DNA of 44,271 bases from Desulfobacterales bacterium. GTDB lineage: Bacteria > Desulfobacterota > Desulfobacteria > Desulfobacterales > UBA11574. Where the stretch lies: assembly GCA_049583675.1 (NCBI GenBank), contig JBAUWG010000584.1, positions 1-44,271 of the forward strand, read 5' to 3'. Below the pieces are notes generated by a model, which made no database searches, was not told the origin of the DNA, and saw only the letters and a list, made by a program, of their open reading frames with translations. This document shows positions 24,864 through 33,966 of this stretch, one piece after another (position 1 is the first letter of the stretch; every line of letters starts with the position of its first letter). The position numbers and the translations under genes are program-made.

Positions 24864-25079
24864 TTACATTGAATCATCATCATATTTCATTCGATAATGT
24901 TTTTTCTTTTTATTTCGAGATTTTCGGGTATCATCATTGGGTTCACGCCGCTTATTCTTTCGGCAATCCGGACATCGTCTAGGTTCGTCAAAGCCTCTTT
25001 GCATATAATATTCCTGTTCGGAATCCGTTAGTTCGAAAGTATTACCGCATTGGATGCATTCTAATGTTCTGTTTTGCAT
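24864..25079 (-). CDS. Zinc-ribbon domain protein (CxxC...CxxC, basic tail)
   Basis: 71 aa. LECIQCGNTFELTDSEQEYYMQRGFDEPRRCPDCRKNKRR matches the 'probable zinc-ribbon' small-protein family pattern. The C-terminus is Lys/Arg-rich. Confidence 0.7.
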   Translation of the reverse strand: MQNRTLECIQCGNTFELTDSEQEYYMQRGFDEPRRCPDCRKNKRREPNDDTRKSRNKKKKHYRMKYDDDSM

Positions 25080-25299
25080 AACGTTAAGTGGTTCCTGTAC
25101 AATTAAAAATAAAAATGTTTGGCTTTGCCAATATTTTAGTTAGTGTCCATCCATAAATGGTCTTTTTGCCCGATCTCGGCGTTATGCTCAAAAAATAATC
25201 CTCTGAATATCGACTTCAACTATATTTGTGTCTCTCCCGATAGATTTTCCGTAAGGGCAATTATTTTTGGCATTCATGGACAAGACGAAGCAATTGAAT

Positions 25300-25315
25300 A
25301 GCAATCCTTGTGCCA
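25300..25315 (-). promoter_or_regulatory. Sigma-54 (-24/-12) promoter reading towards the zinc-ribbon gene, dksA and hup
   Basis: The reverse complement of 25298-25318 is TTTTGGCACAAGGATTGCTAT. This gives TGGCAC-N5-TTGCT with exact consensus spacing, about 220 nt upstream of the zinc-ribbon start. Confidence 0.7.
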
Positions 25316-25465
25316 AAATCATAACATATTGGAATGGATTGAGATTTTGGGAAACAGCATCAGATGGTTGGAAAAAAAACCTTCTGATAAAATTGACCGG
25401 AGAGACCGCTTAAATGTATTATTCGCCCATATAGATGTTAATATGTTGAAATGACTTTATTTATT

Positions 25466-25518
25466 AAAAAGAACTTCAAATTCCGCAAATTCAATTATCG
25501 GAACTCGAAGTTCTTTTT
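25466..25518 (-). terminator. Compound hairpin terminator downstream of the sigma-54 activator gene
   Basis: AAAAAGAACTTC (25466-25477) pairs with GAAGTTCTTTTT (25507-25518), with an inner TTCCG/CGGAA stem. On the minus strand the hairpin is followed by TTTTTAATAAATAAA. Confidence 0.55.
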
Positions 25519-25645
25519 TCATTTTGAGCCTCGAATTCTTAAGAACTTCGTATGGAATTTGCCAATTTCAATGGATGGGATTTAAGGTCCTAAGCAGATG
25601 AATTAATATCATAAAATTATATGGAATTATACATTCTGGAGGAGG

Positions 25646-27040
25646 TTATTTAAACGCTTCTTTTCGAAGCCCGTGTTTTTTCATCAACTTGTTTAGCTGA
25701 CGCGAGCTGATGCCGGCGACCTCTGCCGTATCTTTTATTTTTCCACTTTTTTGAGAAAGGATTTCCTTAAGATACAACCTTTCGACATTTTCGACTGCTT
25801 TTCGTCTCACTTCTTCCAAAGTAAAGGAAGTGCTGACTTTTAAATGTGTAGAAGCTTCGTCGGTACCAAATAGTTCACAAGGAAAGCTTTCCGGGGTCAG
25901 CATATGCGTCGTTTCCAATATATAGGCTCGTTCCACGAGATTTTCCAGTTCTCTTATGTTGCCCGGCCACTTGTATTTATTAAACGCCTCTATTATTCGC
26001 GGATGAATGCCGCGAATTTTTTTTTGATGAAATTTGTTCATTTTTTTCAAAAATATTTCCGCGAGAAAAGGGATGTCCTCTTTTCTGTCTGTAAGGGTCG
26101 GAATCTCGATGGGGAAAACATTCAGCCGGTAATATAGATCTTTTCTGAATGTTCCTTCATCGCACATGGCTTTAAGATCCATATTGGTTGCAGCAATTAT
26201 TCTCACATTCGAGCTGATGATTTCTTCCCCCCCCACACGCTCAAAGATACCATCTTGAAGCACCTGTAAAATTTTTATTTGTGACGCCGGAGAAATGGTG
26301 CCAATTTCATCAAGAAAGATGGTGCCCCCTTTAGCAATTTCGAATTTGCCGAGTTTGCGTCTTATTGCACCGGTAAAGGCCCCTTTTTCATGACCGAAAA
26401 GCTCACTTTCAATAAGGTTGTCCGGGATTGCTCCGCAGTGAACACTGATAAACTTTTCATTCATTCGATGGCTGTGTCTATGTATCAGCTTTGCCAATAC
26501 CCCTTTTCCTGTTCCGGTTTCTCCAACAATCAATACAGTACTTTTGGTAGGAGCAACGGAACGCACTTTGTCAAAAACCAGCTTCATTTGCGGACTTCTA
26601 GTTTGAACAAGTTCTAACGTATCGGATTTCCAAAATTTATCCCTTAGGTAATCCAGCTCCGACTGAACGATGAGGAATTCATGTAAATTTTCAATGGTGT
26701 GTTTGACTTCTTCGGGATTAAAGGGAAAGGTCAGGTAGTCGCTGGCACCTGCTTTCACAGCGATGACGGCATCGCGAATAGTTTCCTGGGCAGCGACAAC
26801 AATGACTTCAACGGATGGAGAAATATTCCAGAAACGGTGAAGTGTATCAGCGTAGCCATTGGTCGTTTCTGAACGCAATGCTTCTATGGGAACCAAAATA
26901 ATATCATATCGCTTTCCACTGAGCAGTTCCAGCGCTTGTTCCAAGCGTTGTCCATGATCTATCTTGTATCCCGAGTTCAGAATCTTCCGAATGGTTTTAT
27001 ATTGATCTTGATTTGAGGTGATAAAAAGTATCGATTTCAT
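25646..27040 (-). CDS. Sigma-54-dependent transcriptional activator (NtrC/Fis family) with a degenerate receiver domain
   Basis: 464 aa. The AAA+ core has VLIVGETGTGKGVLA (Walker A), GAFTGA, TIFLDEIG (Walker B) and RKDLYYRLNV. The C-terminal HTH is AEVAGISSRQLNKLMKKHGL. The N-terminal CheY-like fold lacks the acidic pocket. Confidence 0.9.
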   Translation of the reverse strand: MKSILFITSNQDQYKTIRKILNSGYKIDHGQRLEQALELLSGKRYDIILVPIEALRSETTNGYADTLHRFWNISPSVEVIVVAAQETIRDAVIAVKAGASDYLTFPFNPEEVKHTIENLHEFLIVQSELDYLRDKFWKSDTLELVQTRSPQMKLVFDKVRSVAPTKSTVLIVGETGTGKGVLAKLIHRHSHRMNEKFISVHCGAIPDNLIESELFGHEKGAFTGAIRRKLGKFEIAKGGTIFLDEIGTISPASQIKILQVLQDGIFERVGGEEIISSNVRIIAATNMDLKAMCDEGTFRKDLYYRLNVFPIEIPTLTDRKEDIPFLAEIFLKKMNKFHQKKIRGIHPRIIEAFNKYKWPGNIRELENLVERAYILETTHMLTPESFPCELFGTDEASTHLKVSTSFTLEEVRRKAVENVERLYLKEILSQKSGKIKDTAEVAGISSRQLNKLMKKHGLRKEAFK

Positions 27041-27245
27041 TCAGATCTACGCTTGAAAAACATAAACCCATTAAAATATTTCTATATCGACAACTAGTGC
27101 GCCTTTATCGTTTTTTTTCCTATAATGTCAATAGGTGATATGATTTTAATACCATAAAACGTATTTTTTCGGCATCATGAGGATAAATAATACGATTTAA
27201 ACTGTCATATTTCGATGATTCATGATTTTCTAAATATCAAAGGGG

Positions 27246-27273
27246 TTGAAAAATTTTTTGTCAATATTATACT
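27246..27273 (+). promoter_or_regulatory. Candidate sigma-70 promoter for the GT4 gene
   Basis: TTGAAA (27246-27251), a 16-nt spacer, then TATACT (27268-27273), about 55 nt upstream of ATG 27329. Confidence 0.4.
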
Positions 27274-27328
27274 AACCTTCAGGCATAACCGTTAATTCTA
27301 TCCGAAGGATTGGGGAAAAATCGTTATT

Positions 27329-28588
27329 ATGAAAAACATCGGCTTTATTTCCACGCGCTTTTCAGGCACCGACGGTGTTACCATGGAAGCCAGCAAGTGG
27401 TCGAAAGTTTTAAATCAAAAAGGGCATAACTGTTTTTGGTTTGCCGGTGAATTGGACAGAGATCCGAAAAAAAGTTTCCTGGTTCCCGAAGCCCATTTTA
27501 AATACGAGAAAAATCAGTGGATCAATGATCGAATATTCGGCCACAAAGAACGACATCATATCGTAACAGAAACAATCTATGAATTAAAAGTACTCTTAAA
27601 AAAACGAATTCAAGAATTTATTTCTCAATTTGGTCTGGATCTTCTCATCGCCCAGAATGTACTCACCATTCCGCTGCAAATTCCACTGGGAATTGCCTTA
27701 ACCGAGATTATCGCTGAAACGCAGATTCCCACGATTGCCCACCACCATGATTTCTATTGGGAAAGAACACGGTTTTTCGTCAACGCAGTGGGGGATTATC
27801 TGCGAATGGCGTTTCCCCCCAACCTGTATAATATCGAGCATGTGGTGATCAATTCGGCGGCCCAAGAAGAACTGGCACTTCGCACGGGGATGTCGTCTAC
27901 GATCATTCCCAATGTTCTGGATTTTGATAATCCACCGGGAATAGACGCCGGCCAAACCGCGGCTTTCCGAAACTCTTTGGACCTCGAACCGAAAGATCAT
28001 ATCATATTGCAGCCAACCCGCATTGTCCAGCGTAAAGGAATCGAGCATGCCATTGAATTGATTGAAAGCCTTAACGATCCTCAATACAAGCTGGTTATTT
28101 CCCACGAAGCCGGAGACGAGGGGTACGAATATTCGGAATGGCTCATGGAAACCGCACGGGCACGAGGCGTCGATCTGCGGCTGGTGAAAACGCGGGTATC
28201 GGATCCGCTGAATTCTCAATCGGGCACCAATTCGAACCCTTCGCTGTGGGATATTTATCCTCATGCCGATTTTATTACCTACCCCAGTCTTTACGAAGGA
28301 TTCGGCAACGCGTTTCTTGAAGCCGTCTATTTTAAAAAGCCCATACTGATCAATCGATACGCAACATTTATCAGAGACATCGAGCCCAAGGGGTTTGACT
28401 TGATCGTTATGGACGGATTCCTCACCAAAAAAAATGTTCAACAGGTCAAAGAGGTTTTAAATTCGCCTCAGACAAAAGAGAAAATGGTCAATCATAATTA
28501 TGAAACAGCCAAACGCCACTATTCCTACGCGCTATTGCGCCGCTGGTTAAGCGCCATTTTGATAAATTTCTTTGGCATTGATAAATAA
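27329..28588 (+). CDS. GT4-family (group 1) glycosyltransferase
   Basis: 419 aa. The C-terminal half carries the retaining GT-B signature YPSLYEGFGNAFLEAVYFKKPIL (E-x7-E). The N-terminal half (ISTRFSGTDGVT...HHHDFYWER) is the acceptor domain. The substrate cannot be inferred. Confidence 0.75.
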   Translation: MKNIGFISTRFSGTDGVTMEASKWSKVLNQKGHNCFWFAGELDRDPKKSFLVPEAHFKYEKNQWINDRIFGHKERHHIVTETIYELKVLLKKRIQEFISQFGLDLLIAQNVLTIPLQIPLGIALTEIIAETQIPTIAHHHDFYWERTRFFVNAVGDYLRMAFPPNLYNIEHVVINSAAQEELALRTGMSSTIIPNVLDFDNPPGIDAGQTAAFRNSLDLEPKDHIILQPTRIVQRKGIEHAIELIESLNDPQYKLVISHEAGDEGYEYSEWLMETARARGVDLRLVKTRVSDPLNSQSGTNSNPSLWDIYPHADFITYPSLYEGFGNAFLEAVYFKKPILINRYATFIRDIEPKGFDLIVMDGFLTKKNVQQVKEVLNSPQTKEKMVNHNYETAKRHYSYALLRRWLSAILINFFGIDK

Positions 28589-28633
28589 GTGCACGGTTTA
28601 AGATGGCGCTCTATACGGTTTATCTGCTTGGGT

Positions 28634-28999
28634 CTACTCTCGAACGATGAATCTTGATTTGACGCTTTCGGCGCCGAAGAACGCTTTTGTAAATCTTTCC
28701 GCATGCTTTTCATCATAGGCTTTACATGAGAATATATTGATATAGACGGTTCTTTTATATTCTGAAAAGTGGCCGACAATGGAACTGGTTTCAATGAATT
28801 GAACCAGTGAATATCCTTTGGTATGGAGTTGATTTTCACCGAAATACGGCGTAATCGGATCTCCATAGGGTTTCATCCCCAGCAGGTCACATAGTTCTGT
28901 TGCATACCTGCGGATCATTTTTTCGTTTGAAATTGCTGTTGGATCACATTCATAAAGATCCAAAATCAGCTCCCATCCAAATTTGGTTTCAGAGGACAT
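28634..28999 (-). CDS. S-adenosylmethionine-decarboxylase-fold (SpeH/AdoMetDC class 1) paralogue of unknown substrate
   Basis: 121 aa. GWELILDLYECD...GYSLVQFIETSSIVGHFSEYKRTVYINIFSCK is collinear with the speH self-cleavage region (ILQESHMSIHTWPEYEYAAIDIFVCG), but the ES|H site is replaced by ETSS. Confidence 0.65.
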   Translation of the reverse strand: MSSETKFGWELILDLYECDPTAISNEKMIRRYATELCDLLGMKPYGDPITPYFGENQLHTKGYSLVQFIETSSIVGHFSEYKRTVYINIFSCKAYDEKHAERFTKAFFGAESVKSRFIVRE

Positions 29000-29034
29000 G
29001 CCGAAAATTCCTTCAATTAAGTTGAGAAATTCTT

Positions 29035-29889
29035 TTATTTTAAACGGTTTTTAAAAAATTGAGGAAGATGAAACGATCCGATATGGATGCCGGGGTTGTA
29101 GTAAGTCGTTTCAAGGGAAACTTCGTTGACTTTGGTTTGAATCTCATCAGAACGGATGTTTTTGGGGTTAATGCTCTCCGAGCAGAAAACCGATGAAAAG
29201 AGGCCTCCGATATACGTTGGAACACAATAGACATAAAAAGCAACATGGGTAAAAATGTTCCTCAAAACCTTATGAGCCTGTTTCTGCTCATCGGCTTGTA
29301 TCTGAAGTGAACCGGTCTGCCGGACCATGATGCCGTTGGAATTCAACCGCTGGTGAACCTGAACATAAAACTTTTCAGAAAAAAGAACTTGGGCGGGGCC
29401 TATGGGATCCGGAGAATCAACGATAACCACGTCGTAGGCATCATCTGTTTTTTCAACATATCCGGCCCCGTCGGCAAAGATAATTTTCGCTCGTTTGTCT
29501 TCAAAGGCGCCGTTATTGATGGAAGGAAGATATTTTTTGGAAAAATCGACCACGTTCGAATCGATTTCAACCATGACCGTTTTTTCCACCTGAGGATGGC
29601 GCAGAACTTCGCGAAGAATACCACCGTCCCCACCGCCGATGATCAGCACCTGTTTGGGATCCGGATGGGCCAGCATCGGAACATGGACCATCATTTCATG
29701 ATAAAAAAACTCGTCTTTTTCAGTGGTCTGTACGATTCCGTCCAAAAGCAACATCTTGCCGTACTCATGGGTATCCACCAGTTGAATGTGTTGAAACTCG
29801 CCATTTTCCTCATAAAGGACCCTTTTTATGCGATAGCGCGTTTCAATATTTTTCCATTTTTCTTTCACCCATTGAACGTGTTGCGTCAT
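29035..29889 (-). CDS. speE: Spermidine synthase (polyamine aminopropyltransferase)
   Basis: 284 aa with motifs LDGIVQTTEKDEFFYHEMM, VLIIGGGDGGILREVLRH, VEIDSNVV and VDSPDPIGPA. The ATGA overlap with speH suggests coupling. Confidence 0.9.
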   Translation of the reverse strand: MTQHVQWVKEKWKNIETRYRIKRVLYEENGEFQHIQLVDTHEYGKMLLLDGIVQTTEKDEFFYHEMMVHVPMLAHPDPKQVLIIGGGDGGILREVLRHPQVEKTVMVEIDSNVVDFSKKYLPSINNGAFEDKRAKIIFADGAGYVEKTDDAYDVVIVDSPDPIGPAQVLFSEKFYVQVHQRLNSNGIMVRQTGSLQIQADEQKQAHKVLRNIFTHVAFYVYCVPTYIGGLFSSVFCSESINPKNIRSDEIQTKVNEVSLETTYYNPGIHIGSFHLPQFFKNRLK

Positions 29890-30299
29890 CCCAGGATCCC
29901 CCGCTTGATTTCCTGAATTTCGGTTCTTTTAGGCTGGAATCCTTGCTCCAGTATCGGAAGGGCTAGGTATGGATCAATCGTGCCGCATACAAAAATATCG
30001 ATAGCCGCATATTCATATTCCGGCCAAGTGTGTATGCTCATATGGGATTCTTGTAAAATGGCTACGCCTGAAATGCCGCCGTTGGGTGAGAAGGCATGAA
30101 GATCAATGCCGAGCAAGGTTGCCCCGCACGTTTCAATGGCTTTGATAAGGATTTCCCGGATACGTGACGAATCGGTCAAGTGCCTGGCATGCCAAAGTTC
30201 TATCAAAAGGTGAATGCCGGCATACTTCAGCGCCCCGTCACGTATGCAAAACTCCTTTATGTCTTCCGTCTTTTTTGCAGCTGTCAGAATTTTCATCAA
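29886..30299 (-). CDS. speH: S-adenosylmethionine decarboxylase proenzyme (pyruvoyl, class 1b)
   Basis: 137 aa. GIHLLIELW...GVAILQESHMSIHTWPEYEYAAIDIFVCG contains the canonical E-S self-cleavage site and the HTWPE motif. Confidence 0.88.
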   Translation of the reverse strand: MMKILTAAKKTEDIKEFCIRDGALKYAGIHLLIELWHARHLTDSSRIREILIKAIETCGATLLGIDLHAFSPNGGISGVAILQESHMSIHTWPEYEYAAIDIFVCGTIDPYLALPILEQGFQPKRTEIQEIKRGILG

Positions 30300-30468
30300 C
30301 GTCCATAAATCCTCCTTTAAGTACTTTTTAATTCAAGCCTATTTCTATTAATTCAACTTTTTTTTTTATACAAGAAAATAATGCATTTTATGATGCATTC
30401 AATGAAATTTTAAGCGCATCACAGCCTGAAATACCTTAAACGGCCGTTTTGTAAAAAAGCCTAAGCGA

Positions 30469-32250
30469 TTAAAATCCCTTCGATGGTAAGGGTTCGCCTT
30501 TTTCATCCCATCCGCGTTCTTTATAATATTCGGATAGAAGCTGTTTCATTTGATCTTCGGTAATAATTTTATTGGTTTCAGGCAGCGCTTCTCTAAAAAA
30601 TCTTCGTGGGATGCAATCATCTTCTGGCGTGAGACCTTCTCTTAAATTAAACCGTCTGATGTTGTCAAGAATGTCACCGGCAATGGTTCGCATTCCTTGA
30701 GCGGTGAGATCCATGCCGGTTGTTGTTCGAATTATGGCGGAAAGTTCATCCCACTGGTAAAGATCCCGATAAAAGCGGCACAAAATCAGGGCATCAAAAA
30801 TCGTCAGACGGTCTTCCCATTCTGTAAACATTTTGGCCTTTCCGTCGATCCGGTCAGGTTCGATGAGCCCGGCCAGTTCGGGTTTGTAGAATGTGGCGCG
30901 AAGGTGGCAGGCGCCTCTGGCTGATGTCCCATAAGCCAGACCCATTCCTTTCAGCACCCGAGGGTCATAGCCTGCCGGCTCGAGGCCTTTGACATGAATG
31001 GCTTGATCTTCCATGTTCCAGGCTTTGGCCGCATATTTGATTCCTCTGGCCAGTACATCGCCGATACCGCGACGCCGGGCGGTATCATCTAAAAGCCTTG
31101 CCACGGCATCGACCTGGCCATAGTCCAGCGTCTCATCGATTTTTCCTTGTCGGGAGGCTTCGATGGCCAATGCCGCCAGATTGCCTCCGCTGATCGTATC
31201 CATGCCGAGGCGATCGCAGATATCATTTAAATAAGCGATTTCCTCGATGCTGTCGATTTCACAAAGACCGCCGAATGCGTAAATAGTTTCATATTCCGGC
31301 CCTTCGACCTTAAGTCCTTTGTGCCTTCCATTTTTGACGGTGGAGAGTCGACCGCAGGCCATAAAACATTTCAGGCAGGCATGGGGTTGGACATCGCATC
31401 TTTCATGAAGGGCCCGGGCATTGATTTTATCGGCATGTTCAAATTGCCCCTTTTTCCAGTACCGGGTGGGGAATCCGCCGGCCTTGTTCATGATATCCAC
31501 CAACATGGGCGTACCCATGCTTTTGTATGCTTTTACGCCGGCATCGTCTTTTGACCGCTGTGCTATGGATTTGGCGAAAGTTTTCATCCCATCGACGTCG
31601 GCAAATTCCTTTTTCCGGTTTCCCCAAAAGGCAAAGGCTTTGATATTTTTTGAACCTGCGACCGCCCCAACACCGGTTCGGCCCGCACTGCGCCAGTAAT
31701 CGTTTTCGAGGACCGCAAAACTGACCTTGTTTTCGCCGGCCGGTCCGATACAGACCACCCCGCACCTTTTCGCGTCCGGACGATGTTGTTTGATCCACGC
31801 CTTGACGCGGTCTTCTGTTTCATATGTGTCTTTTCCCCAGAGATCATCAGCCGGATGGAACCACACTTTTTCTTCTCCAATCTCTATCCAGACAGGGCTT
31901 GGGGCGGCACCGCCGATCATGACGGCATCGAATCCCGTAGCACTCATGTGGTCGGCGACGGTTCCTCCTGAATAAGATTCGGAGAAAAAGCCGGTCTGGG
32001 GAGACTTGGTGAATACCCCGTGACGGCAGGAGCCCCAGATCGCGCTCCCGGTCAACGGACCGATGGCAAATATCAAATGATTTTCAGGGCTCAACGGATC
32101 CACGCCCGGCGGATTGTGGCGAAGCAACAGATCGGTGGCGAGCCCTCTTCCGCCCAGATTGGTTTTCAAAATAAAGTCATCTATTGGCGCGATGCGATAC
32201 ATTTCTTTATTCAAATTAATTTTTAGAATTTTTCCATAAAATCCGTACAT
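30469..32250 (-). CDS. Aldehyde:ferredoxin oxidoreductase (tungstopterin AOR family)
   Basis: Track ORF 30469..32265. The preferred start is ATG 32250 (MYGFYGKILKINL), preceded by AGAGGA. AOR N-terminal domain: GGRGLATDLL, GPLTGS. Catalytic domain: motifs including CLKCFMACGR, EGPEYETIYAFGGLC and GACHLRA. Confidence 0.9.
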   Translation of the reverse strand: MYGFYGKILKINLNKEMYRIAPIDDFILKTNLGGRGLATDLLLRHNPPGVDPLSPENHLIFAIGPLTGSAIWGSCRHGVFTKSPQTGFFSESYSGGTVADHMSATGFDAVMIGGAAPSPVWIEIGEEKVWFHPADDLWGKDTYETEDRVKAWIKQHRPDAKRCGVVCIGPAGENKVSFAVLENDYWRSAGRTGVGAVAGSKNIKAFAFWGNRKKEFADVDGMKTFAKSIAQRSKDDAGVKAYKSMGTPMLVDIMNKAGGFPTRYWKKGQFEHADKINARALHERCDVQPHACLKCFMACGRLSTVKNGRHKGLKVEGPEYETIYAFGGLCEIDSIEEIAYLNDICDRLGMDTISGGNLAALAIEASRQGKIDETLDYGQVDAVARLLDDTARRRGIGDVLARGIKYAAKAWNMEDQAIHVKGLEPAGYDPRVLKGMGLAYGTSARGACHLRATFYKPELAGLIEPDRIDGKAKMFTEWEDRLTIFDALILCRFYRDLYQWDELSAIIRTTTGMDLTAQGMRTIAGDILDNIRRFNLREGLTPEDDCIPRRFFREALPETNKIITEDQMKQLLSEYYKERGWDEKGEPLPSKGF

Positions 32251-32543
32251 GCTCATCCTCTTCATTTTTTAAACAAAAATCCTGGCCAAGGGGCCGTTCC
32301 AGAAGAAATTTGCTTTACTGAGTGTTCGTTTTAGAAAATCAGAAATAGGAATTGGAAAATAGATAACTGCGTATGGACGTAAATATAATTAGAAGATGAG
32401 GAGGTTAGGAAGTTAGAAGTTTGGAAATCACGTAAATGTGCTGACCTTCTAATCTTCTTGCTTTCTTATTTTTCGAAATATTTGTGTTCATTCGTATTCA
32501 TCCATGCTTTCCTCTTTCCTTTTTGCTCTTTTCTATTAGGAAC

Positions 32544-33260
32544 TTACAGCCCCAGATAAGCGGTTTTGATATGGGGATCCTGCAGCAATTTGTCGGCCGG
32601 GCCTTCCATGGCAATACGGCCGTGTTCCAGTACATACCCGCGATCGCTCAAACTCAAAGAATGTTTTACATCCTGTTCCACCAGCAGTACAGTGGTGCCT
32701 TGATCGGCAATTTTTCGAACCGTCCGGAAAATATCTTTGATTAAGATGGGAGCGAGACCTAAGGATGGCTCATCGAGCATCAACAACTTCGGACGGGCCA
32801 TAAGCCCACGACCTATGGCAACCATCTGCTGTTCTCCTCCGGACAAGGTCATGGCCAACTGGGATTCTCTTTCTTTGAGCTTTGGTAATAAAGAATAGAC
32901 ATCTTCCATGGTTGCCGCCATATTTTTTTCGGCACGGCTGTTGTAGGCCCCGATGATCAAGTTGTCTTTCACGGACATTAAGGTAAAGAGCCGTCGTCCC
33001 TCAGGTACCTGAATAATGCCGCGCTCAACGATTTCTTCGGGAGGAGCGGTTTGAATGGGAGCATTTTCAAACACAATTTTCCCTTTTGACGGATTTATCA
33101 ATCCGGAAATGGTTTTTAAAAGCGTAGATTTACCGGCGCCGTTGCCGCCGATGATGCTGACCACTTCACCTTCTATGACTTCAAGAGAAAGATCAAAAAT
33201 AACCTGAACATCTCCATAAAACACATCGATATTTTTCACCTCAAGAAACGACATATTCAT
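32544..33260 (-). CDS. livF: Branched-chain-type ABC transporter ATP-binding protein (LivF family)
   Basis: 238 aa with Walker A GGNGAGKSTLL, signature LSGGEQQM and Walker B LLMLDEPS. Confidence 0.9.
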   Translation of the reverse strand: MNMSFLEVKNIDVFYGDVQVIFDLSLEVIEGEVVSIIGGNGAGKSTLLKTISGLINPSKGKIVFENAPIQTAPPEEIVERGIIQVPEGRRLFTLMSVKDNLIIGAYNSRAEKNMAATMEDVYSLLPKLKERESQLAMTLSGGEQQMVAIGRGLMARPKLLMLDEPSLGLAPILIKDIFRTVRKIADQGTTVLLVEQDVKHSLSLSDRGYVLEHGRIAMEGPADKLLQDPHIKTAYLGL

Positions 33261-33966
33261 CTCCCAGATAGGCTTTGATCACATTTTCGTTCGAGGCAAC
33301 CTCTTGAGGAGAACCTTCGGCGATTTTTTTCCCAAAATGAATCACCACGATCCGGTCCGATAGGGCCATAATGGCACGCATGATATGTTCAATCACGAAA
33401 ATAGTGATTCCCTGATCGCGAAGATTTTTAATAATTTGAACCATTTCATCCACTTCGGCGGGTCTTAGGCCGGCCATCACCTCATCGAAAAGCAATAATT
33501 TGGGTTCGGTGGCCAGGGCACGGGCAATTTCAAGACGTTTGAGTTCGGCAATGGTCAGGTTCCCGGCTCTATCATCTTTTTTGTTCTCAAAGGAAAGCAG
33601 TTTTAAGACTTCCAGGGCTTTTTCTTCAGCGGCAGCCGCCTTATCCCTGGTGGCAAAACTTCCCACCATCACATTGTACAGCACACTTTTGGATCTGAAG
33701 GGCTTGACGATCTGAAAGGTCCGGGCCAGACCGTTTTTACAAAGGTTCCAGGGCTTAGCCCCGTTAATTTTATTGCCGGCGAAAAAGATGTCGCCTTTTG
33801 TCGGGGTATAGACCCCTGCAATGCAATTGAAAGCCGTGGATTTTCCGGCACCGTTGGGACCGATCATGCCCAGGATCTCTCCTTTTTTTATGAAGAGGCT
33901 CAAGGCGTCCACCGCTCTCAGTCCACCGAAATCCTTTACAAGATCGTTGATTTCAAGAATATTCAT
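33241..33966 (-). CDS. livG: Branched-chain-type ABC transporter ATP-binding protein (LivG family)
   Basis: Track ORF 33241..34026. The preferred start is ATG 33966 (MNILEINDLVKDFGG), overlapping the livM stop by 14 nt. Motifs: Walker A GPNGAGKSTAFN, Walker B LLLFDEVMAG, and the LivG-type C-terminal YLG. Confidence 0.9.
   Translation of the reverse strand: MNILEINDLVKDFGGLRAVDALSLFIKKGEILGMIGPNGAGKSTAFNCIAGVYTPTKGDIFFAGNKINGAKPWNLCKNGLARTFQIVKPFRSKSVLYNVMVGSFATRDKAAAAEEKALEVLKLLSFENKKDDRAGNLTIAELKRLEIARALATEPKLLLFDEVMAGLRPAEVDEMVQIIKNLRDQGITIFVIEHIMRAIMALSDRIVVIHFGKKIAEGSPQEVASNENVIKAYLGDEYVVS

Noticed and set aside
27698-28441. The 247-aa minus-strand ORF inside the GT4 gene. Similar long antisense ORFs occur at 37959..38567, 40359..40871, 29353..29916 and 18197..18772.
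   Set aside because: Each lies opposite a gene with clear family motifs and has no motifs of its own. Long antisense frames are expected at this GC content.
32266-32543. A sigma-54-like sequence (TGGAAC-GGCCC-CTTGGC on the minus strand, about 32290-32307) and imperfect GAAG/TTAGAAG repeats upstream of the AOR gene.
   Set aside because: The GG-to-GC spacing is off by one from consensus, and the site sits only about 40 nt from the start codon. The repeats form only a weak interrupted stem. This is not enough to call a promoter or terminator.
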